From Nitrososphaeraceae archaeon (lineage in GTDB: Archaea; Thermoproteota; Nitrososphaeria; Nitrososphaerales; Nitrososphaeraceae): a stretch of DNA of 64,000 nucleotides. Below, one piece after another: positions 20,972-29,805 of the stretch. The DNA is taken from NCBI GenBank assembly GCA_044870765.1, contig JBIOZG010000012.1, forward strand, positions 64,001-128,000, read 5' to 3'. A model generated the notes under the pieces. The model worked only from the letters and a program-made list of their open reading frames with translations, had not been told where the DNA came from and ran no database searches. Position numbers and translations under genes: made by a program. Positions within the stretch are counted from its first letter, which is position 1. Each line of letters begins with the position of its first letter.

Positions 20972-22160
20972 GAAATCTCGGCTGGACGCAATAGATCTGG
21001 TGACATCTAACGACCTTGTTCAAAGAGTACAGGATTTCCCAATAAGTAAGGAAGAGATTATTGAATTAGTAGCCCGATATGACACAAGATCGCTATGCAA
21101 TTTTGCACAAAAACTTAGAGACATTTGCAAAAATGGTCCGATCACATACTCTAGGAAGGTGTTCATAAATTTGATAAATCTCTGCAGGGATAGCTGCTCT
21201 TACTGCACCTATAAGAAAGAATTATCAGATTTTGACTTGTCAATTTTGACGAAGGAGCAAGTTCTAAACATAGCAAGGTTAGGCAAACGTCTGAAATGTA
21301 CTGAGGCATTAATCGTCACTGGGGAAAGGCCTGAACAAAAATATCCCGAATTCAAAGAATGGTTAAGTAAATACAATTGCTCAACCACTGCTGAATACGT
21401 TGAACAAATAGGCGAGTTAATATTGGTAGAAACAGGGCTGTTACCACATACAAACGCTGGTACATTAAAGTATAATGAATTATCTCTACTCAAAAAATCC
21501 AATGTAAGCCTAGGATGTATGCTAGAGACATCAAGTGAAAGACTCGCTGGTAAGAACATGCCTCACGAATTTGCACCCAGCAAAAATCCAAGAGCTAGGA
21601 TAAGAGTTCTCGAAAACGCAGGCAAATTGAAAATCCCTATTACAACAGGGCTACTCGTTGGAATAGGCGAAACATTGGAAGAAATAATTGAATCATTGAT
21701 AGTTATTAGAAGTTTAAATCAAAAATATGGAAATATTCAGGAAATAATAATCCAAAACCATATCCCCAAGTATAATACTAAAATGAGGAACTCTTTGCCG
21801 CCCACACATGATTCATTTTTATTAACTATCGCATTGGCAAGGATCATCATGCCGCACATGAACATTCAGGTTCCACCTAATCTCAGCCCTAAAGTTTATT
21901 CTACCTATGTTGGTGCAGGAATCAATGATTGGGGAGGTATATCTCCGTTAACAATTGATTTTGTAAATCCAGAATCGCCTTGGCCCGAGATCAGTGATGT
22001 AAAACATGTTACTGAAAAGGAGGGACATATCTTTAGAGGAAGACTTCCAATTTACCCGGAATTTGTTAAGAATAAAAAAGAGTTCATTCCAAAGAATCTT
22101 TGGAAATATGTTTCGCAGATGTCTGATAGCACTGGATTGGTAAAGGAGGAGCTATGTTAA
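20970..22160 (+). CDS. cofG: FO synthase subunit 1 (F420 biosynthesis)
   Basis: ITYSRKVF, CRDSCSYC, LPHTNAG, IQVPPNL, DWGGISPLT. Confidence 0.93.
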   Translation: MKSRLDAIDLVTSNDLVQRVQDFPISKEEIIELVARYDTRSLCNFAQKLRDICKNGPITYSRKVFINLINLCRDSCSYCTYKKELSDFDLSILTKEQVLNIARLGKRLKCTEALIVTGERPEQKYPEFKEWLSKYNCSTTAEYVEQIGELILVETGLLPHTNAGTLKYNELSLLKKSNVSLGCMLETSSERLAGKNMPHEFAPSKNPRARIRVLENAGKLKIPITTGLLVGIGETLEEIIESLIVIRSLNQKYGNIQEIIIQNHIPKYNTKMRNSLPPTHDSFLLTIALARIIMPHMNIQVPPNLSPKVYSTYVGAGINDWGGISPLTIDFVNPESPWPEISDVKHVTEKEGHIFRGRLPIYPEFVKNKKEFIPKNLWKYVSQMSDSTGLVKEELC

Positions 22161-23404
22161 TGCTTGAATCAATATTGAGAGACCTAGATCCTGTTATTTC
22201 CGATATACTAAATCAGTCACTAGATTCAAAAAATATTTCTATAAAACAAGCTATTGAATTGTTACAAACAACGGGGACTGAAATGATAATGACTGCTATG
22301 GTCGCTGACAATTTAAGAAGAAAAGCAGTAGGTGATAATGTGACTTTCGTAATAAATAGAAATATCAATTTTACAAATGTCTGTATTAAAAGATGTGGCT
22401 TTTGTGCTTATAGTAGAGACTTTAGAAATGAAGAAAGTTATTTTCTACCTACAGAAGAAGTTGTAAGAAGAGCTAAGGAGGCATGGAATTTAGGTGCAAC
22501 TGAAATTTGTATCCAGGCAGGGCTACCTCCAAAGATGGACGGCTTCTTATATGTTGACATATGTAAGGCGATAAAAAAAGAGTTACCAAATATACATATT
22601 CATGCGTTTTCTCCTGAAGAGATCATGTATGGTTCCTATAGATCAGGACTATCTGTGAAAGAATTCCTGAGGATGTTAAAAGAATCTGGACTAGGAAGTT
22701 TGCCAGGAACTGCGGCTGAAATACTGGACCAAGATGTTCGCGATCTGATATCTCCAGGTAGAATCACGGTTGCTGATTGGCTCAATGTTATAACAACCGC
22801 ACACAAATTGAAAATACCTACCACTTCAACTATAATGTACGGCCACGTAGAAACAATGGAAGATAGGGCTAAACATTTGGATTTATTAAGGTCAATTCAA
22901 AAACAGACAAATGGATTCACAGAATTTGTACCATTGAGCTTTGTACATAAAGAAGCTCCAATGTATAATCATAATCTTGTCAAGGGGATTGCGCCGGGTC
23001 CAACAGGTCAGGATGTGATAAAAATGCATGCAGTTTCGAGAATTATGCTCAACAATTTCATAAATAACATTCAGGTTTCTTGGGTCAAGGAGGGAACAAA
23101 AATGGCCCAATTGCTTCTTGAGGCCGGAGTAAACGATTTTGGCGGCACCTTAATTAATGAAAGTATTTCTACATCTGCAGGATCTGAGTTTGGACAATTA
23201 ATGAGACCAAAGGAGATAAGATCGGTGATACAATCAGCTGGTCGAATACCAGCACAAAGAAACTCAGTCTACGGAATCATAAAAGTTTATGACGGAATTA
23301 ATGATGAAAACGAATCGTTACTAGATAGTGCAGAAACAACACAATTTGGCTCTTATCATGAATTGATAAAATTAGATAAATTCAGATATAAGCGTACGAA
23401 ATGA
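22154..23404 (+). CDS. cofH: FO synthase subunit 2
   Basis: NRNINFTNVC-x3-CGFC, PGTAAEIL, NIQVSWVKEG, DFGGTL. Confidence 0.93.
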   Translation: MLMLESILRDLDPVISDILNQSLDSKNISIKQAIELLQTTGTEMIMTAMVADNLRRKAVGDNVTFVINRNINFTNVCIKRCGFCAYSRDFRNEESYFLPTEEVVRRAKEAWNLGATEICIQAGLPPKMDGFLYVDICKAIKKELPNIHIHAFSPEEIMYGSYRSGLSVKEFLRMLKESGLGSLPGTAAEILDQDVRDLISPGRITVADWLNVITTAHKLKIPTTSTIMYGHVETMEDRAKHLDLLRSIQKQTNGFTEFVPLSFVHKEAPMYNHNLVKGIAPGPTGQDVIKMHAVSRIMLNNFINNIQVSWVKEGTKMAQLLLEAGVNDFGGTLINESISTSAGSEFGQLMRPKEIRSVIQSAGRIPAQRNSVYGIIKVYDGINDENESLLDSAETTQFGSYHELIKLDKFRYKRTK

Positions 23405-23707
23405 AATGAATGTATACCTTGATGTATTGCCCTTCTGTTCCAATAGGAAGAGTAGATTCTGTCTTCTGCTATGGGATCCCAAATCAACCGTGAATGTCGA
23501 GCTGAATTATCGGCATTTCCCATAATCATTCGGGGATTCAAGAGTCAAGATTGATTTTTTAAAGAATTGATACTAAAAGAGTGTTATTTCAAGAAAATGA
23601 AGCGAGCCAATATAATAAATTATTTAATATTTAGATAATTGTTATAGGCATGAACCTCCCAATTTTTCATTACATTTAAGAATCTCAACCATACACATTA
23701 GGAGAGT

Positions 23708-24325
23708 TTGATTAACCTAGGAATCTTGATATCCGGTAGAGGCAGCAATATGGAATCAATTTTGAATTTTCTAAAGGAACACATGACATCCAACATAAGT
23801 CCTAAAATAGTAATCTCCAGTAAAGCTGAGGCAGAAGGTCTTCAGAAAGCCTCAAAATTTGAAATTCCAACAAGCACTATTTCTATCAATTCAAAAAGTT
23901 GGGATTATGATAAGGAAATAGTAAAAAAATTGCAAGAACATGATGTGTATCCTGAAAATGGACTTGTATGTTTGGCCGGTTATATGCGTCTGCTGAGTCC
24001 AGAATTTGTAAGAAAATACAAAATGAGAATTATGAATATCCATCCCTCGCTTTTGCCTTCATTTCCTGGTCTTAATTCCCAAAAAAAAGCGTTGGATTAT
24101 GGAGTAAAAGTTACAGGATGTACTGTTCATTTTGTTGATGAAGGATTAGATTCAGGTCCAATTATCGCACAAAGACATGTCTCAGTGTTGGACAATGACA
24201 CACATGAGTCATTGTCTGACAGGATACTTGAGCAGGAGCATATTCTGTATCCCTATTGCGTGAACCTATTTGCTGAACAAAGATTACTTGTTCACGGCAG
24301 AAGGGTAATTGTTATTGGGCAGTAA
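23708..24325 (+). CDS. purN: Phosphoribosylglycinamide formyltransferase
   Basis: SGRGSN, LAGYMR, NIHPSLLP, GCTVHFVD. Confidence 0.95.
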   Translation: MINLGILISGRGSNMESILNFLKEHMTSNISPKIVISSKAEAEGLQKASKFEIPTSTISINSKSWDYDKEIVKKLQEHDVYPENGLVCLAGYMRLLSPEFVRKYKMRIMNIHPSLLPSFPGLNSQKKALDYGVKVTGCTVHFVDEGLDSGPIIAQRHVSVLDNDTHESLSDRILEQEHILYPYCVNLFAEQRLLVHGRRVIVIGQ

Positions 24326-24388
24326 ATGCAAAACCAGTGAATAAAAAATAGTAAAGCAAAAAAATAGCTTTGTGAAATTTTAGAATAT

Positions 24389-25249
24389 TTGGGACAACTT
24401 ATAGACGGAAACCTAGTATCTCAAAAAGTAAAACTAACAATCAGAGATGAGGTTTTAGATTTAGTAAACAGAGGTATTCAACCTTGCTTAGCTACAATCT
24501 TAGTTGGCGATAATCAAGCATCCACGACATATGTTAAGAATAAACAGACCGCAGCAAACAGTGCGGGAATATTAACTAGAGATTTCAAACTGCCAGAGAA
24601 TGTCACTCGGAACGAGCTTATAAGCATTATAGAGGAATTAAATCGCGATGACAAAGTACATGGAATACTTGTACAACTTCCATTGCCACCCCAGATTGAA
24701 ACTTCCATTACTAATATGGTAAACCATGAGAAAGATGTCGATGGTTTGACATCTCACAATTTGGGTTTATTGTTGAAAGGCACTCCAAAACTAGTACCTT
24801 GCACTCCCTTAGGTATCATTGAGCTTTTAGATTTTTACAACATAGATGTTAAGGGGATGGATGTGGCCATATTAAACAGAAGTAATTTAGTTGGAAAACC
24901 TTTAGGTATCTTACTCATGAACCGTGATGCAACAGTAACGTTTTTCCATTCAAAATCAAAAAATATCGAGAATAAATTAAGAAACTTTGATTTCATCATT
25001 ACTGCTGTAGGTGATCGACAGAAATTTATTCTCCAAAAAGACATGATCAAAGAAGGTGCCATAATTTTTGATGTTGGAATTTCTAGAGCTAACGGAAAAA
25101 TCAAAGGAGATGTAGATTTTGAATCAGTTTCAGAAAAAGCAGCCTACATTACTCCCGTTCCTGGCGGAGTAGGACCTATGACCGTTACAATGCTATTAAA
25201 AAATACTGTGCTAGCTGCCAATCTCATACATAAAATTACCAAACAGTAG
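24389..25249 (+). CDS. folD: Methylenetetrahydrofolate dehydrogenase/cyclohydrolase
   Basis: VQLPLP, KDVDG, PCTP, TPVPGGVGPMT. Confidence 0.95.
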   Translation: MGQLIDGNLVSQKVKLTIRDEVLDLVNRGIQPCLATILVGDNQASTTYVKNKQTAANSAGILTRDFKLPENVTRNELISIIEELNRDDKVHGILVQLPLPPQIETSITNMVNHEKDVDGLTSHNLGLLLKGTPKLVPCTPLGIIELLDFYNIDVKGMDVAILNRSNLVGKPLGILLMNRDATVTFFHSKSKNIENKLRNFDFIITAVGDRQKFILQKDMIKEGAIIFDVGISRANGKIKGDVDFESVSEKAAYITPVPGGVGPMTVTMLLKNTVLAANLIHKITKQ

Positions 25250-25253
25250 TAAT

Positions 25254-25841
25254 ATGAAATTAGAAAATGAAGAAAAGTCGCTTTTGAGAAAAGAGGTTCT
25301 TCACAAGAGAAACTCTATGAGCCACTTTGAAATATCCATGAAGAGTAAGTTAATTCAGCAGAAGCTCATTGAAAGCCCCGTGTTTAATCAATCAAAATCT
25401 ATAGGACTTTACCTTGCCATTGGTTCAGAAGTTCAAACCCGGGAAATTATTAATTATGCTTTAGATTTAGGAAAGACGGTATTGTTACCACGAATTATGT
25501 CAAACGATCTGCGATTTTATGTGGTGGATCAAAAGGATTTCGAAGAAAGTTCATTTGATGTTAATAGGTTTGGAATCAAAGAACCAAAGATAGACAACAA
25601 GCCTGCAGAATTCATTGATTTACTGATCATCCCCGGTATTGTTTTTGATACGTATGGATTTAGGATTGGTTATGGTTATGGGTATTATGACAAATATTTG
25701 ACCATCAACAAATATTCAAAAAGTATTGGCCTGGCTTACGATTTTCAGTTTATTAAAAAACCCATTCCAATTCTTCCGCATGACAGAAAAATAGATGTCT
25801 TAATTACTGAAAGTGGATTTAATGTATTTAATTCCTTTTGA
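25254..25841 (+). CDS. 5-formyltetrahydrofolate cyclo-ligase
   Basis: FGIKEP, IPGIVFD, RIGYGYGYYD, PHD. Confidence 0.92.
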   Translation: MKLENEEKSLLRKEVLHKRNSMSHFEISMKSKLIQQKLIESPVFNQSKSIGLYLAIGSEVQTREIINYALDLGKTVLLPRIMSNDLRFYVVDQKDFEESSFDVNRFGIKEPKIDNKPAEFIDLLIIPGIVFDTYGFRIGYGYGYYDKYLTINKYSKSIGLAYDFQFIKKPIPILPHDRKIDVLITESGFNVFNSF

Positions 25842-27113
25842 AGCAATATCCTTTCTGAAGTATTCTTCATTTTTTCCCCAGTGAATTTGAGATGCTGTTA
25901 AATATGCTTCCTTTTTAGCAGCTTCAAGGGTGTCACATAGTGAAGTAACTGATAAAACTCTTCCTCCATTTGTAAGGACACCTCCCATAGAATCTTTTTT
26001 AGTCCCCGAATGAAATACGTAGGTGTTACAATCAAATGCAGAATCTAAGCCATGAATAATTTCTCCTGTATGATACTTCTCAGGATATCCTTTTGAGGCC
26101 ATTACTACACAGACAGAACTTTTATTTGTCCAGTTGATCGGTGGCATTGAGTCAAGTCTTTCATCCATAGCCGCCTCCAGATATTCCAACAAATTCGAAT
26201 TCATCCTTGACAGAATAGATTGACATTCCGGGTCTCCCATTCTAACATTAAATTCAAGCACGTACGGTTCATTCGTACCATGTTCTATCATGAGCCCTGC
26301 ATATAGGAAACCTCGGAATTTTATTCCAAGATCACTTAATCCCTTTATTGTAGGCCGCATCACATTCTCCATTATCTTTTCTTCAAGTCTATCAGTGATG
26401 AGGGGGGTAGGAGAATAGCTTCCCATTCCACCTGTGTTCGGACCTCTATCTCCATCGTAGATATTCTTATGATCCTGGCTTGATGCTAATGGGATGATAG
26501 ATTTTCCATCACATAGAGCGATAAAAGATGCCTCGTCTCCATAAATTCTCTCTTCGAGTACAACTCTACTGCGAGAATTAGCGAATTCCTTGTCAATAAA
26601 GATCCTTCGAATAGCTTCGGTTGCTGACTTGACGTTATCGCATACAAACACTCCCTTACCTGCTGCAAGTCCGTCAACCTTGACAACCACATTTTTTGAA
26701 GTTGATTGGACATGCTTTATTGCACTTTCAGCGTTTGAATAGATTGAGAAGGGAGCTGTTTGAATTCCTATGCTACGCATGAAAAGCTTTGCGAACACCT
26801 TACTGGATTCTAACCTGGAAGCGCTTTTGTTTGGACCAAATATAGGTAATTGATTCTTATGAAATAAATCAACGATACCAAGCGATAGAGGCTTTTCAGG
26901 GCCCACTACAGTAAAAGAATTATGCTCTTTGGCAAATTCACAAAGTCTAATTAAGTCGCTGGAATCCACTGGAATGTTTTTTTCTGTGCCCCCATTCCCT
27001 GGAGCATAAAATATACTCTTGTTCGAATCATTAGAGAGCTTCCATCCTAAAGAATGTTCTCTTCCCCCAGAACCAATTATCAAGATTGTATCATATGGTT
27101 TCAATTTCATCAT
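25800..27113 (-). CDS. purD: Phosphoribosylamine-glycine ligase
   Basis: GSGGREH, GLAAGKGV, GPNTGGMG, EFNVRMGDPE. Confidence 0.96.
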   Translation of the reverse strand: MMKLKPYDTILIIGSGGREHSLGWKLSNDSNKSIFYAPGNGGTEKNIPVDSSDLIRLCEFAKEHNSFTVVGPEKPLSLGIVDLFHKNQLPIFGPNKSASRLESSKVFAKLFMRSIGIQTAPFSIYSNAESAIKHVQSTSKNVVVKVDGLAAGKGVFVCDNVKSATEAIRRIFIDKEFANSRSRVVLEERIYGDEASFIALCDGKSIIPLASSQDHKNIYDGDRGPNTGGMGSYSPTPLITDRLEEKIMENVMRPTIKGLSDLGIKFRGFLYAGLMIEHGTNEPYVLEFNVRMGDPECQSILSRMNSNLLEYLEAAMDERLDSMPPINWTNKSSVCVVMASKGYPEKYHTGEIIHGLDSAFDCNTYVFHSGTKKDSMGGVLTNGGRVLSVTSLCDTLEAAKKEAYLTASQIHWGKNEEYFRKDIASKGIKYIKSTFSN

Positions 27114-27142
27114 TTTTTAAGAAATCGGCAAAACTTTACAAT

Positions 27143-27477
27143 TCAAGATAAGTCCCCTGTTTCATTACGAATAACAAGGTAATTATCATTTACCAGTGAT
27201 TTAATAAAATAATAATATTCTGAATCAGAAAAGCGGACAACGTCTGCGTTTGAATTTGATTTTTTCTTTGCAAAATCTAAATGATAACATATCCCTTGAC
27301 CAGAAAGCGTTCTAAAGTAGTAATCATTGCACGAACAGTATTCCAAGTCTAAATCAATCCAATATTCATTATGTTTTCCCACAATAGTCCAAATAATTTT
27401 CTTGCTGGGTTCAAACAAGTGACATTTTAGCGATGGAAATATTGGTGATGAGCACCCCTTGACTCATAATCTCTCAT
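27143..27477 (-). CDS. SWIM zinc-finger protein; 5' end uncertain
   Basis: CSC-x13-CYH SWIM motif. The frame is open upstream of TTG 27418 to a TGA at 27464-27466; an out-of-frame ATG at 27477 overlaps the upstream stop (see findings). Confidence 0.7.
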
Positions 27478-27863
27478 GGAGTCCGGTTAATAAATATGAT
27501 TTCACCTGAATCACTTGATTCTAACAAAATGGGATCTTCCACACAATGACCAATGTGATTCATGGTAATACCTTTGGTATCCTGTAATACAATACAAATT
27601 GATCCGTTAGAAACCATGAATCCCAGATCTCCCTTTTTAAATAATGATTTCTGTTTTTCCGCTCCAACAGTTAATCCTGTTTCCACGTAAGCTAATTTAC
27701 GGTCCAAAAAGTGCAGCCTCCCAGAAATTGGCATTACTTTGATAATATTTGAAAAAGTGATTGGTGATAGATGACGAACAAATTCCAACGCTACTTTCCC
27801 CTTGCTGCCAACTGCGAAATCGACATGAATTCTCGAGACAGTATTTGAATTACTCCACGTCAT
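27474..27863 (-). CDS. Cyclophilin-like fold protein
   Basis: RHLSPIT, GAEK, GDLGF...GSIC pattern. Confidence 0.7.
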   Translation of the reverse strand: MTWSNSNTVSRIHVDFAVGSKGKVALEFVRHLSPITFSNIIKVMPISGRLHFLDRKLAYVETGLTVGAEKQKSLFKKGDLGFMVSNGSICIVLQDTKGITMNHIGHCVEDPILLESSDSGEIIFINRTP

Positions 27864-27943
27864 TGTCTACTACTGCAAATGAGTTCTGTATAGCTATTAA
27901 TTTGTTCATTTATTAGCAACATTTAATTATATATTCACTTTTT

Positions 27944-28441
27944 TTGCATTTATTCTTGGTTTTAAGACGTTCTACATCTGATAAAAATAAGGAAAAAAAG
28001 CCCCTCAAAGTAAAAAAACAGCTTAAAGTAAAAGGAGAGACTGCAACTAGGGGCAAGAATCCTCAAGAAAAGGAAAAGAAAAGTAAGAAAACCAAAATTG
28101 AAAAGCCAGAATTGGTCGAAGAGTCAAAAAGTAGCAGGCCGAAAGATGAGGTAGTAGTATATCCAGAGATGGATTTTGAATCTAGAGAAATACCTCTTCA
28201 AGACAGCCAAGTTTTGATAGGACCTCCAACATTGACGCGATTCGAACGTGCAAGAATAATAGGAGCAAGATCATTGCAGCTTTCTCTTGGTGCGCCAATT
28301 TTAGTAAATTCATCAAACAAGTTTCATGATACAATCTCTATTGCTGTGGCAGAACTGAACTCGAAAGTTTTGCCTATTTCCATTAGAAGGGTTTTGCCTA
28401 ATGGCTTATATCAAGACATTCCAATTGATTGGTTAAAGTAA
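27944..28441 (+). CDS. rpoK: DNA-directed RNA polymerase subunit Rpo6 (K/omega)
   Basis: LTRFERARIIGARSLQLSLGAP and LPISIRRVLP. Confidence 0.95.
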   Translation: MHLFLVLRRSTSDKNKEKKPLKVKKQLKVKGETATRGKNPQEKEKKSKKTKIEKPELVEESKSSRPKDEVVVYPEMDFESREIPLQDSQVLIGPPTLTRFERARIIGARSLQLSLGAPILVNSSNKFHDTISIAVAELNSKVLPISIRRVLPNGLYQDIPIDWLK

Positions 28442-28587
28442 GCATAATAAAATAATAGCTCCAAATTTTTTCTTTCGTCAGCCAGTATCTTTGACCCCAA
28501 TCAAATCTAACTTATCAATGCCAAAGTGAAAATGCCCGATCATAGATTCAACTTAGGAAAATTTAAATCTCGATATTTTACAACTCT

Positions 28588-29805
28588 ATGAGGGTCAAAA
28601 TTCCTACAATTCATGGTAATCACACAGGCCTTAATGCGATGATAATTTTAGATGATGGTTCAACGTATCGAGGTACAGGATTTGGCTATCCAAAAACAGT
28701 TGGCGGAGAATTTGTTTTTAATACAGGCATGGTAGGATATACCGAGACATTAACCGACCCATCATATAGAGGACAAATATTGTGTATGACATATCCGCTT
28801 ATTGGAAACTATGGTGTACCAAGTAAATCTATCAAGGATGGGTATGGACTGCCAAAATATTTCGAGTCAGATAACATTCAAGTTTCAGGGCTGGTAGTTC
28901 ACGAATTGTCTAACGTAGCGAATCATAGAGAATGCCACAAAACTTTAGATCAATGGCTTTATGATGAAAAAATACCAGGTATTAGTGGAATTGATACACG
29001 TGATCTAACCAAGAAAATTAGAATAAAGGGAGTAATGAACGGTGCTCTTTCAGTTTCAGAAAAACAAATAAATACAAAAACCCTATTGGATACCGTAAAA
29101 AAGACCAGATATGATGGAATTAATTTTATGTCCCAAGTGTCTGTTGACAAGACTATCGAATATGGAGACCGTTCATTAGAACCAATAGTATTAATTGATA
29201 CAGGTACGAAATATAGCATTATACGTAATATTTTACGAATGGGTTATCGGGTTATTCGCGTTCCATGGGATATATCATTTAGCGAGATAATTTCTCATAA
29301 ACCTAAAGGTATCATAATAAGTAACGGTCCTGGAGATCCGAAAATGTGCGATATTACAATAGAAACTGCACTTAAATTGTTTGATTCATCATTGCCAATG
29401 TTGGGAATATGCCTGGGAAACCAAATTATGGCACTTGCAGCCGGAGGTGATACATATAAGTTGAAGTTTGGTCATAGAGGTCAGAATAAAGGATGCACGG
29501 ATGTCAGCACCAATCAGACATTTATTACGAGCCAGAATCACGGATATGGGGTGAAATCAAATACTTTGGACAAAACCGGATTTAAAGTATGGTATATAAA
29601 TTCTGATGACAATACTATAGAAGGTATCAAACATAAATCAAAACCTATAATTGCAGTGCAGTTTCATCCTGAAGCTTCTCCCGGTCCTTATGATTGTGTG
29701 CACATATTCAATAGTTTTAAAGACCTTATTGAACAGAAGAATTCTAACCAAAGTCGACTCAAATCTGTAAAGAAAATGGAGGTGGGAAAATTTTCCAAAG
29801 AATGA
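28588..29805 (+). CDS. carA: Carbamoyl-phosphate synthase small subunit
   Basis: FNTGMVGY, LTDPSY, SNGPGDP, GICLG, QFHPEASPGP. Confidence 0.96.
   Translation: MRVKIPTIHGNHTGLNAMIILDDGSTYRGTGFGYPKTVGGEFVFNTGMVGYTETLTDPSYRGQILCMTYPLIGNYGVPSKSIKDGYGLPKYFESDNIQVSGLVVHELSNVANHRECHKTLDQWLYDEKIPGISGIDTRDLTKKIRIKGVMNGALSVSEKQINTKTLLDTVKKTRYDGINFMSQVSVDKTIEYGDRSLEPIVLIDTGTKYSIIRNILRMGYRVIRVPWDISFSEIISHKPKGIIISNGPGDPKMCDITIETALKLFDSSLPMLGICLGNQIMALAAGGDTYKLKFGHRGQNKGCTDVSTNQTFITSQNHGYGVKSNTLDKTGFKVWYINSDDNTIEGIKHKSKPIIAVQFHPEASPGPYDCVHIFNSFKDLIEQKNSNQSRLKSVKKMEVGKFSKE

Noticed and set aside
25800-25841. 42-bp convergent overlap of the cyclo-ligase gene and purD (also 8 bp at carB and the phosphoesterase)
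   Set aside because: Short 3' overlaps are common in compact archaeal genomes.
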